A DNA stretch of 64,000 nucleotides, taken from an uncultured Nannocystaceae bacterium (GTDB taxonomy: Bacteria > Myxococcota_A > Bradymonadia > UBA7976 > UBA1532). Both the position numbers and the translations under genes were made by a program. The notes beneath the pieces were generated by a model. That model did not search any database. It saw nothing but the letters and a program-made list of their open reading frames with translations, and was not told the origin of the DNA. Shown piece after piece: positions 41,241 through 49,929 of the stretch (its first letter is position 1; the number at the start of each line of letters is the position of its first letter). The DNA lies in contig CAYOBQ010000012.1 of assembly GCA_964402225.1 (NCBI GenBank), positions 20,747 to 84,746 of the forward strand. Reading direction: 5' to 3'.

Positions 41241-43559
41241 ATGCTGCAAACGCTGTTCGACCCCGCAGGCGATTTCAACGCCGCGCGCCTGGTGCTGCTC
41301 TCCGACTGGGGCGGGTCCACGAGCCTGCTGGTCGGGCTCGTGGCGGCGGCGGTGGTGGCCCTCGCCTGGTACAACACGCGCGCTCAGCCCGGCCGCCGCC
41401 GCGGGGCCCTGGTCGCGCTGCGGGTCGCCGCGGTGGGCGTGCTCGGGCTGCTCTTCCTGCAACCCGGCGTGCGACTCGAACACCAGAGCCGGGTCCGAAA
41501 CCACGTCGTGATGCTGTTGGACGCCTCCCGCAGCATGTCGTTGCCCGGGGCCGACGCCACGCGCCTCGCAGACGCAAAGGCGATGCTCGCCGACAACGCC
41601 GCCACCATCGAGGGCTGGCGCGAGGCGCACCAGGTCGACCTCTACGCGCTGTCGGACCACGCGCGGCCGGTGGCGACGGTCGAGGCGATCGAGGCCTTCG
41701 GCGACGCGACGCGCATCCTCACGGGGCTCTCGGAGGTGGCGGCGCGCTTCCGGCCCGAGGATCTCGCGGCGGTCATCGTCGTCAGCGACGGTGCGGACAA
41801 TGGCGCGCTGGGCGCGGGGGTCGGCGGCGATGAGCTGCCCGCGGCGCTGGTGGCAGCGACCGCGCGGCTGGGCGCCCCGGTCCACGCCGTGTTCACCGGG
41901 CCCGACACGGCGCCCCGCGACGTGGCGATCGTGGACGTCGCCTACGACGACTTCGCCTTCGTCCGCAACGCCGTGAGCATCGAGGCGGCGGTGACCGTGA
42001 GCGGCTTCGAGGGGCTGCAGGTTCCGGTGACCCTGCGCCGCGGCCGGGAGGTGCTGGGGTCGAAGGTGCTCCAGACCGAGGCCGGCGTCACGCGCTATGC
42101 CTTCGACTTCGAGTTCGTGCCCGACGAGACGGGCAAGGCGGTGTTCACGCTCGAGGTGGGGATGGGCCCCGGCGAGCGGATCACGACCAACAATCGGCGC
42201 CAGTTCGTGATCCGGGTGATCCGCGACAAGATCCGGACGCTCCAGGTGGTCGGTCAGCCGAGCTGGGACGAGCGGTTCCTGCGCAAGCTGCTCAAGAAGA
42301 ACCCGAACGTCGATCTGATCAGCTTCTTCATCCTGCGCACCTCGGCCTCCCTCGACACGACGCGCAGTCGAGACGAGCTGGCGCTCATCCCCTTCCCGAC
42401 CCAGGAGCTCTTCGAGGAGCAGCTCGGTAGCTTCGATCTCATCGTCTTCCAGAACTTCACGTTCCACGGCTACAACATGCGCCAGTACCTGCGGCATATC
42501 CGCGAGTACGTGCGCAACGGCGGCGGCTTCGTGATGGTGGGTGGGCCGCTGAGCTTCGCCAGCGGCGGGTACGCGGGGACCGAGATCGCCGACTTTCTGC
42601 CGGTGGAGTTGCCGACCAGCAAGAACGAGCTCGTCTTCACCGACCGATTCAAGCCGGTGCTGACGCAGGCCGGGTTGCGCCACCCCGTCACCGCGCTGTC
42701 GGTGGTGCCGGAGGAGAACGAGGCGCTGTGGAAGGGGCTGCCGGAGCTCACCGGCGTGAACCGCGTCGCCGGCGTGCGCCAGGGCGCACAGGTGTTGTTG
42801 CGGCACCCGTCACGCTCCGTCGCGGGCGAGGCGGCGCCGGTGGTGACGGCGTCGAGCTACGGTGAGGGGCGCGTGCTGGCGATCAACACCGACAGCACCT
42901 GGGCGTGGGACTTCCGCGCGGCCGGCGAGGGGGCCGACAACCGGCACTACTACCGCTTCTGGGGCAACGCCATCCGCTGGCTGATCCGCGATCCGGCGCT
43001 GAGGCCGGTGCGGGTGTCGAGCGACCGCGACCGCTACCCGTTGGGGGCCGAGGCCACGCTGCTCACCCGCGTCGTGGGCCCCGACTACCAGCCGAAGAAG
43101 GACACCCTGGTGCGAATCGAGGTCGTGCGGAGCTACTTCGAGGGGGGCACGCCGAAGGAGGCGGTGGCGTTCGCCGCCGATGGGCGAACCGACGAGGTGG
43201 GCGAGCTGATGACGCGCTACACGCCGACGGAGGAGGGCGCCTACCGAGTGACGGCGACGGCGGCCCTCGAAGGTGGAGACATCGACGACCGGGACGTCTT
43301 CGTGGTCGCGCCGGACCCGGTGGAGCTGCGGGAGACGTCGGCGCGGCGGGACACGATGGCCGCGCTGGCGAAGGCCGGCGGCGGCGAGCTACGGGCGCTG
43401 GGCGACGGGCTTGAGAAGCTCGCGCGGACCGAGCCGAAGGTCGTGAAGGTGAATCGCCGCCGCGACGTACCGGTATGGGCCAGCGCGTGGTTGCTGCTGC
43501 TCGGGGTGCTGCTGCCCAGCGCGGAGTGGTATCTGCGCCGCCGATGGGGACTGCTGTGA
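41241..43559 (+). CDS. Membrane-anchored vWA-like + GATase1-like (DUF1355-type) protein
   Basis: LLDASRSM, VSDG, YVRNGGGFVMVGG, C-terminal EWYLRRRWGL. Confidence 0.8.
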   Translation: MLQTLFDPAGDFNAARLVLLSDWGGSTSLLVGLVAAAVVALAWYNTRAQPGRRRGALVALRVAAVGVLGLLFLQPGVRLEHQSRVRNHVVMLLDASRSMSLPGADATRLADAKAMLADNAATIEGWREAHQVDLYALSDHARPVATVEAIEAFGDATRILTGLSEVAARFRPEDLAAVIVVSDGADNGALGAGVGGDELPAALVAATARLGAPVHAVFTGPDTAPRDVAIVDVAYDDFAFVRNAVSIEAAVTVSGFEGLQVPVTLRRGREVLGSKVLQTEAGVTRYAFDFEFVPDETGKAVFTLEVGMGPGERITTNNRRQFVIRVIRDKIRTLQVVGQPSWDERFLRKLLKKNPNVDLISFFILRTSASLDTTRSRDELALIPFPTQELFEEQLGSFDLIVFQNFTFHGYNMRQYLRHIREYVRNGGGFVMVGGPLSFASGGYAGTEIADFLPVELPTSKNELVFTDRFKPVLTQAGLRHPVTALSVVPEENEALWKGLPELTGVNRVAGVRQGAQVLLRHPSRSVAGEAAPVVTASSYGEGRVLAINTDSTWAWDFRAAGEGADNRHYYRFWGNAIRWLIRDPALRPVRVSSDRDRYPLGAEATLLTRVVGPDYQPKKDTLVRIEVVRSYFEGGTPKEAVAFAADGRTDEVGELMTRYTPTEEGAYRVTATAALEGGDIDDRDVFVVAPDPVELRETSARRDTMAALAKAGGGELRALGDGLEKLARTEPKVVKVNRRRDVPVWASAWLLLLGVLLPSAEWYLRRRWGLL

Positions 43560-43561
43560 CG

Positions 43562-44485
43562 CTACTGTGGGAACAGCGTCTCCATGGAGAGGTACTTGTC
43601 ACCGCGGTCTGGCGTGATGAAAACGATCGTGCTCCCGGCGGGGGCCTCCCGCGCGATCTTCAGCGCGCCCCAGGCCGCGCCACCGGCAGAGATGCCCACG
43701 AAGAGGCCCTCGTGACGGGCGAGCTTGCGCGTGGTCTCGATGGCGTCCTCTGCGCTGACGTCGACGATGCGGTCGACGCGCTCCGGCTCGTAGATCTTCG
43801 GCAGGTACTCGGCTGGCCAGCGCCGGATGCCGGGGATGCGGGAGCCGTCCGTGGGCTGGCACCCGATGATCTGCACCTCGGGGTCGACCTCCTTCAGATA
43901 GCGGGAGACGCCCATGATGGTGCCGGTGGTGCCCATGGCGCTGACGAAGTGCGTGACGCGCTTCTCGGTGGCGCGCCAGATCTCGGGGCCCGTAGTCTCG
44001 TAGTGCATACGCGGGTTGGCGGGGTTCGAGAACTGATCGAGCATGAAGTGATCCCCGGCCGCGTGGAGCTCGCGGGCGCGGTCGATCGCGCCCTCCATGC
44101 GCAGCTCGGCGTCGGTGAGGATGACCTCGGCCCCGTAGGCCTTCATGATCGCGACCCGCTCCGGGGTGGCGCTCGCCGGCATCACGAGGGTGATGCCGCG
44201 GCCCTTCATGCCGGCGATCATCGCCAGCGCGATGCCGGTGTTGCCCGAGGTGGCCTCGACGATGCGGCGGCCCTCGAGGTGCCCGGCGCGCTCGGCGTCG
44301 GTGATCATCGCCAGCGCGGCGCGATCCTTGACGGAGCCCCCGAGGTTGGTGCCCTCGAGCTTGGCGAGGACCCGCACGTCGTCGCGGTCGACGAGGTTGC
44401 GCAGGCGGCGCAGCGGCGTGTCGGCGATGACGCCCTCGAACTCACCGGCGGGGTGTGGAGGGCGGGGGTGGCTGGTCGCGAACAT
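43562..44485 (-). CDS. cysM: Cysteine synthase B
   Basis: GGSVKDR (PLP lysine), ATSGNTG, MGTTGTIMG, IPGIRRWP. Confidence 0.92.
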   Translation of the reverse strand: MFATSHPRPPHPAGEFEGVIADTPLRRLRNLVDRDDVRVLAKLEGTNLGGSVKDRAALAMITDAERAGHLEGRRIVEATSGNTGIALAMIAGMKGRGITLVMPASATPERVAIMKAYGAEVILTDAELRMEGAIDRARELHAAGDHFMLDQFSNPANPRMHYETTGPEIWRATEKRVTHFVSAMGTTGTIMGVSRYLKEVDPEVQIIGCQPTDGSRIPGIRRWPAEYLPKIYEPERVDRIVDVSAEDAIETTRKLARHEGLFVGISAGGAAWGALKIAREAPAGSTIVFITPDRGDKYLSMETLFPQ

Positions 44486-44580
44486 GATGAACCCTCGAAG
44501 ACGCGTCGCTCGACAGTATACCCTCTTTTCCCGACCGGTTCACGGGTGAATGGCGCGAGTTCCAGGACGAGGAGGCGCCG

Positions 44581-45474
44581 ATGACCGAGTCCCAGCTCTC
44601 CGAGGCGCGCCTCGACGCGATCGTCGAGGCGCTGCTGTCGAGCTACGACCTGGACGACCCGCGCCCCCGGCTACCGGCCCGGGAGGCCATCGTCGGGGTG
44701 AGCGAGCAGGTGCGGCGGCTGCTCTTCCCCGGCTACTACGCCGACGAAGCGCTGCCGCCCGTGAGCCGCCGACACCACGTCGGTACGTGGCTGTGTGGGC
44801 TCCACGCCTCGATGGCGCGGGTGGTCTCGAAGGCCCTCGGCCATGAGGACGCGGCCCTCCCCAAGGCAGCGGCGCAGCGACAGGGGCGAAAGATCGCCAG
44901 CGAGCTGCTGGAGGCGCTGCCGTCGATCCGCGAGGCGCTGCGCTGCGACGCACAGGCCGCCGTGGACGGGGATCCCGCGGCCAGCGGGATCGAGGAGGTC
45001 ATCCTCACCTACCCCGGCTTCCTGGCGATCTCGGCGCACCGCGTGGCCCATTGGCTCTACGACAAGTGCGTGCCCTACGTGCCGCGGGTGATGAACGAGC
45101 ACGCCCACTCGCTCACCGGGATCGACATCCACCCGGGGGCCCGGATCGGGCGCCGCTTCTTCATCGACCACGGCACCGGCGTCGTGATCGGCGAGACGAC
45201 GGAGATCGGTGACGACGTGAAGATCTACCAGGGCGTCACGCTCGGGGCGCTCTCGGTCAGTCGGGACTTCGTCGGCACGAAGCGCCACCCCACCATCGAG
45301 GACGGGGTCGTGCTCTACGCTGGCGCCACGGTGCTCGGGGGCGAGACGGTGATCGGCCAGGGCTCGGTGGTCGGCGGCAACGTGTGGGTCACGGAGTCGG
45401 TCAAGGCTGGGACGACGGTGATCGAGAGCCCGCCCACGTTGAACTTCCGGGCGAGCGAGGGAGAGAGCGAATGA
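44581..45474 (+). CDS. cysE: Serine O-acetyltransferase
   Basis: [33 protein letters not shown]. Confidence 0.93.
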   Translation: MTESQLSEARLDAIVEALLSSYDLDDPRPRLPAREAIVGVSEQVRRLLFPGYYADEALPPVSRRHHVGTWLCGLHASMARVVSKALGHEDAALPKAAAQRQGRKIASELLEALPSIREALRCDAQAAVDGDPAASGIEEVILTYPGFLAISAHRVAHWLYDKCVPYVPRVMNEHAHSLTGIDIHPGARIGRRFFIDHGTGVVIGETTEIGDDVKIYQGVTLGALSVSRDFVGTKRHPTIEDGVVLYAGATVLGGETVIGQGSVVGGNVWVTESVKAGTTVIESPPTLNFRASEGESE

Positions 45475-46037
45475 ACAAGGCGGTGATGGTCGGCGGTCTG
45501 GCGCTGGTCGGGGCCCTGGCGTGGCTCTTGTTGCTGCGCCCCGAGCGGGCGCCCCAGGCGCCGCGGGCCCCGAAGACGGCGCCGGCGGAGACCGCGCCCG
45601 CGGTGAAGGCGCCATCGGCCGTCACGCCCCAGCCGAAGCCACGCGTCGCGGACTCCGGCGCGCCGCCCGAGGACGCGGCGATGGAGCCCGACACGTCGAA
45701 GGCCAAGGGCCCGTTCACGGTGGATCTGGGGGAGCACCGCATCCACCTGCGCGAGCGCGATGGTCGCGTCGTGGAGATCCACGCGTTGCTCACGACGAGC
45801 TCCCACGCGACGTGGCGGGAGCTGCTGGGCCGCAAGCGGAGCCTGGTGCGGATGATGTTCTTCCTGGGGACCCACCGCGCGGCGGACGGCGCCGCGGCGG
45901 ACGTCGGTGGCGCGAGCTTCAAGGCGGAGCTCGCCAAGCGCTTTGGCAACGTGATCCGCACCGGCGCCTTCGAGCTTCGCTTCGAGCGCTTCGAGGTCTT
46001 CCAGCTCCCTCCGCGAGACGCCGGAGAGCCTCGCTGA
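45471..46037 (+). CDS. Single-TM protein, FliL-like C-terminal domain
   Basis: N-terminal TM helix, Pro/Ala linker, C-terminal pattern resembling FliL; ATGA-coupled to cysE. Confidence 0.55.
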   Translation: MNKAVMVGGLALVGALAWLLLLRPERAPQAPRAPKTAPAETAPAVKAPSAVTPQPKPRVADSGAPPEDAAMEPDTSKAKGPFTVDLGEHRIHLRERDGRVVEIHALLTTSSHATWRELLGRKRSLVRMMFFLGTHRAADGAAADVGGASFKAELAKRFGNVIRTGAFELRFERFEVFQLPPRDAGEPR

Positions 46038-46052
46038 CTCGAGAGGTGTCCA

Positions 46053-46871
46053 CTACTCGTCCAACAACTCGTCGATGGTGGTGCAACGGGCCGCCCGGGT
46101 CATCAGCGCCCGCAGCCGCTCGTCGGAGGTGACGCCGCGAACTCGTGTGGCGACCGCCTCCGAGACGACTACGCCCCGGTCCTCGAGGAGATCGAGGACC
46201 GCTTGCGCCCGACCCTCCACCCGGCCCTCCGCTCGGCCCTCCGCTCGGCCCTCCGCTCGGCCCTCCGCTCGGTCTTCCGCCCGGACGGCCTCCACCACGG
46301 GATGCTTCTTCGCCATGTAGGCCCGGACGATCGCGTCGTCGGCGCGGACGGTGGCCACCAGCGCGCCGACGGGTAGGCTGACGGCGAAGGCGGGGTCCTC
46401 GATGCGCGCGTCGAGGGAGACGACCGCCCAGTTGTCGGTCGGGCGCGACCACTCGACGAGCCGGCCGAGCTCGACGTCGATCCCGAAGACGCGACGCACG
46501 CCACGCTCGACGAGCTTCCGGGCCTTGTCGGCGGCATCGGAGAGCCGCTGCGTGCTGACGATCTCGAAGACGAGCTCCTCGAGGTGTCGGCCTCCGGTCG
46601 CGGGATCACGGGCCTTGGGATAGACGCTGACGTCCGGCGCGATGTCGTTGAGCTCGGACGTGCGGGTGAGCATGTCGACGGCGAGGGCGAAGTCCCGGTG
46701 GAGGTGGGCGCCGACGAGGTTGGTGACGGTGGCGTGTCGAGAACCATGAGGCTCATCGGCTGGGGGCACGTAGCGGACCTTTCCATCGAGGATCTCGTAG
46801 CGTCCCTCGGGCATCACCAGGCGTTCGTCCACCCGGGGGGCCGCGCGCGCCGACTCGTCGGTCGAGTTCAT
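46053..46871 (-). CDS. Uma2-family (PD-D/ExK) endonuclease-like protein
   Basis: YEILDG, APDVSV, FEIVS; C-terminal (EGRA)n repeats. Confidence 0.85.
   Translation of the reverse strand: MNSTDESARAAPRVDERLVMPEGRYEILDGKVRYVPPADEPHGSRHATVTNLVGAHLHRDFALAVDMLTRTSELNDIAPDVSVYPKARDPATGGRHLEELVFEIVSTQRLSDAADKARKLVERGVRRVFGIDVELGRLVEWSRPTDNWAVVSLDARIEDPAFAVSLPVGALVATVRADDAIVRAYMAKKHPVVEAVRAEDRAEGRAEGRAEGRAEGRVEGRAQAVLDLLEDRGVVVSEAVATRVRGVTSDERLRALMTRAARCTTIDELLDE
46223..46272. repeat. 12-bp coding tandem repeat (ccctccgctcgg), encoding EGRA
   Basis: About four copies read directly. Confidence 0.85.
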
Positions 46872-46896
46872 GGGCCCATTCTAGCACAAGGCCCGA

Positions 46897-47547
46897 TCAG
46901 CGACGGGCCTCGGCGGCGATGCGTTTCTTGGTCGCGGCCCACCCGCAGATGGGGCAGATCGCGAGGTCGTGGCGCCTCGCCGGGCAATGCTCACGACCGA
47001 AGTAGATGATCTGGAGGTGGAGCCGGTTCCACAGCGTAGGCGCGAAGACCCGCTTGAGGTCACGCTCGGTGGTCTCCACGTTCTTCCCCGAGGACAAGCC
47101 CCAGCGGGCCGCGAGCCGGTGGATGTGGGTGTCGACGGGGAACGCGGGGACGCCGAAGGCCTGGGCCATCACGACCGACGCGGTCTTGTGGCCCACGCCG
47201 GGGAGGGCTTCGAGGGCCTCGAAGCTCTGGGGGACGGCGCCGCCGTGGCGCGTGAGCAACAGCTCGCTGAGGCGCCGGAGGTTCTTCGCCTTGGTGGGGG
47301 CGAGGCCGATCTGGCGGATGAGGTGGGCGATGGCCTCGACCTCGAGGGCCGCCATCTCGGCGGGCGTGCCCGCGGTGGCGAACAGGGCGGGCGTGACCTC
47401 GTTGACCTTCTTGTCGGTGGTCTGCGCGCTGAGCAAGACGGCGACGAGGAGGGTGTAGGGGTCGGTGTGGTCGAGGGGGATCGGCACCTCGGGGTAGAGG
47501 CGCTCGAGGATGTCGACGACGCGGTCGGCCTTCTCTCGGCGAGTCAT
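46897..47547 (-). CDS. nth: Endonuclease III
   Basis: LSAQTTD, LPGVGHKTA, VDTHIHR; C-terminal cysteine cluster (3 Cys plus His). Confidence 0.93.
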   Translation of the reverse strand: MTRREKADRVVDILERLYPEVPIPLDHTDPYTLLVAVLLSAQTTDKKVNEVTPALFATAGTPAEMAALEVEAIAHLIRQIGLAPTKAKNLRRLSELLLTRHGGAVPQSFEALEALPGVGHKTASVVMAQAFGVPAFPVDTHIHRLAARWGLSSGKNVETTERDLKRVFAPTLWNRLHLQIIYFGREHCPARRHDLAICPICGWAATKKRIAAEARR

Positions 47548-49112
47548 TGCAGGCTGAAATCCCAGCGGAGCTTGACGAAGAGGCGGTCGTGCTCGTCCAG
47601 ACCGGTGAGGAAGGAGACCTCCTCGTCGTCGCGCGGTGGTTGGTAGGTGACGTAGCCGATGCCGGCGTGGACACCGTCTGTGACCTCGTAGTTGGCCTCG
47701 GCGCGAGCCACCCAGCCGAGCTGGGCGGTGTAGCCGAAGGCGCTGGCCGCGGCGGCGAGCTGGAGCCGCTGGCGCAGGGCCTCGTGGGTCACGCGCAGCG
47801 CGAGTTGGGGCTCGTCGGTGGGGAAGAGCAGATCGGCGGGGGCGTCGGTGAACAAGCCCTGACTCCACTCAAACGCGAAGGCCGTGTCGGCGACGCCGCG
47901 CCACGTGAGGCCGACCATCGGCGTGAGGAGCGACGCCTCGTCGACCTCGATTATGGGGATGGCCTGGGAGGTGTCGCCTGTGTTGAACGGGCGGTCGAGA
48001 TCAAAGGCGAGCTCCCACTTGAGCAAGAACGTGTCGTAGGTGGCGGCCCCCGAGGTGGCGAACAGGGTGTAGCGCCGATGGTCGAGCACGATGTCGATGT
48101 CGTCGCTGGCCAGCGCCACCGGATCGAGGACCACGACGCCCTGGCGGTCGAGGAGCGAAGCGGCGTAGAGGCCGAGATCGACGGCGGGTCCCTTGTAGAC
48201 CCAGCGCAACAGGACGTTTTGGCGCTCGGAGAAGCGGCCGGGCGTGTCCACGAAACGCAAGGTCTTGCCGGCGAGGAGCGCCGCCGCCGGACCGCCACCG
48301 GCGATGATGGAGCGGAAGGGGCTGAACTCACCGGTGGGCGGGGCGCGCTCGTCGAAGCGCTGCTCGTGGACGACCATCGCCTCGAAGCGGTGGTCGCCGG
48401 GGAACCAGCCGACGCGGGTGGCGAGGATCGGGAGGCGCAGGTCGTCGAGATCGGCGAGGCCGGGCTCGCGCAGATCGCGCGGGTTGACGACGTCGACGGG
48501 GGAGAGCGCGTCGCCTTCGCCCCAGGCGACGATCTGGCGACCCAGCGTGACGTCCACCGGGCCCAGGGCCGCGCCGACGAATTGCTCACCGTCGAGGTAG
48601 CGCGTCTCGTAGGTCTCGGTGGTGGCGTCGTCGTGATCGCCGCCACGGTAGACCAGGTCGTGCTCGACGTGGCCGGCGAGGACCGCCCGCCAACCGTGGG
48701 CGTTGAAGCGCCACGCGAGATCCAGGCTGCGCCGGTCCTTCGCCCAGGGGTCGGCGTCGGTGCGCTCGGCCCAGAAGTGCGTGTCGCTGCGGACGAAGCC
48801 GTCGAGGGACCAGGCGGAGGAGGTCGTCGCCTGCGGCTCGGGGGTCTCGCCGAAGTCGAAGTCATCGGCGGAGTCGCCCCAACCCTCCTCCTCCTGTGCA
48901 GCGACGAGGGCGGGCACGAGGGCGCAGCACACCAGGACACTGCGGCAGACCAAGCGACCAAGCGATGTGCGTGGCCGCCGGCCGAGTTCAAGGCGCGAAG
49001 CCGTAGCGATATCCGACGATATCGGTAGGCTTCGCAACGCTGAAATCGGTTGGCGGGCGCGTGCAGCGCGCCGCGTCGCGACTCTGCCGCAGCGTCCCAG
49101 CACCCGGCGCAC
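47544..49112 (-). CDS. Outer-membrane beta-barrel protein (DUF1302-like), with a 55-aa in-frame palindromic-element insert in its signal peptide
   Basis: LGRQIVAWGEGD...DVVNPRDL motif; C-terminal FVKLRWDF. Confidence 0.82.
   Translation of the reverse strand: MRRVLGRCGRVATRRAARARQPISALRSLPISSDIATASRLELGRRPRTSLGRLVCRSVLVCCALVPALVAAQEEEGWGDSADDFDFGETPEPQATTSSAWSLDGFVRSDTHFWAERTDADPWAKDRRSLDLAWRFNAHGWRAVLAGHVEHDLVYRGGDHDDATTETYETRYLDGEQFVGAALGPVDVTLGRQIVAWGEGDALSPVDVVNPRDLREPGLADLDDLRLPILATRVGWFPGDHRFEAMVVHEQRFDERAPPTGEFSPFRSIIAGGGPAAALLAGKTLRFVDTPGRFSERQNVLLRWVYKGPAVDLGLYAASLLDRQGVVVLDPVALASDDIDIVLDHRRYTLFATSGAATYDTFLLKWELAFDLDRPFNTGDTSQAIPIIEVDEASLLTPMVGLTWRGVADTAFAFEWSQGLFTDAPADLLFPTDEPQLALRVTHEALRQRLQLAAAASAFGYTAQLGWVARAEANYEVTDGVHAGIGYVTYQPPRDDEEVSFLTGLDEHDRLFVKLRWDFSLQ
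48932..49100. mobile_element. Palindromic miniature element (MITE-like), copy 2, intragenic and in frame
   Basis: CCAG direct repeat at both ends; 169 bp; 12 substitutions and no indels versus copy 1 by manual alignment. Confidence 0.88.
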
Positions 49113-49113
49113 G

Positions 49114-49929
49114 CTACAGGCCCTTCTCGAGGGCGCGCTGGCTGAAGTCGCCCTCCGCCACGTCGGCGTTCCCGTGGCTCAGCTTCTGGAACCGGAGCAC
49201 GGTGGTGGACTCGACGGTGTCGCCTCGCTTGGTCCGCGCCTTGAGCGTGTGGGGGACGAGGATTCCGCCCACGTCCTTGATGTCCTCGAAGCGCACCAGC
49301 TTGATCTTCTTGCCGGCCGTGACCCACATCTTCGCCTGCAACGGCATCAGCTTCGACTTGCTGACCCAGACGTGCGTCTTGAGGTAGCCGGTCTCCTTCT
49401 TGACCTTCTTGGTCTTGGGCCGGGACTCGATCAGCCAGCAATCCTCGCCAGCGGCCTGCACCGTCTGCTTCAGCATCTTGTACTCGTAGTGGGTGGGATC
49501 GGCGCGGGTCATGTCGCTGTATGTGAAGTCGGTGCCCATGAAGGAGCCGGACTTGTCCCCGCTGGAGATGCGCGTCGACTTGTGCAGGCTCGGCAGGTAG
49601 AGCCACTGGTCATCGTCCTTGGCACCGTCATCGTAGTCGGTGGACAAGAGGCCCGTGCCCTTCACGTCCGGCGGGCTCTCGAAGATCATGAGTTGGCGGG
49701 TGCCGCCGTCGAAGAGGAGGGCGCGGGTTCGCACCACGCGCTCGCGCTCGCGGCCGGACCGGTCGGTGATGGTGATCACCATCTCGCCCTTCACCTTGTC
49801 GCCGCGCGCGCGGGCCTCCACCGCGGCCATGATCCTGGCGGGATCCGTCTCGTCGGTTGACACCGTCGGCGCGGCGGCGGCCGGCGCGGCCACGAACAAG
49901 CTAAGCAGCAGGCTGATGCGGGTCCGCAT
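49114..49929 (-). CDS. Outer-membrane lipoprotein-sorting (LolA-like) protein
   Basis: Signal peptide; FESPPDVKGTGLL, DDQWLYLPSL, SFMGTDFTYSD. Confidence 0.88.
   Translation of the reverse strand: MRTRISLLLSLFVAAPAAAAPTVSTDETDPARIMAAVEARARGDKVKGEMVITITDRSGRERERVVRTRALLFDGGTRQLMIFESPPDVKGTGLLSTDYDDGAKDDDQWLYLPSLHKSTRISSGDKSGSFMGTDFTYSDMTRADPTHYEYKMLKQTVQAAGEDCWLIESRPKTKKVKKETGYLKTHVWVSKSKLMPLQAKMWVTAGKKIKLVRFEDIKDVGGILVPHTLKARTKRGDTVESTTVLRFQKLSHGNADVAEGDFSQRALEKGL

Noticed and set aside
46223-46272. EGRA tandem repeat as a novel element
   Set aside because: A common low-complexity tail in Uma2/Rpn-like proteins.
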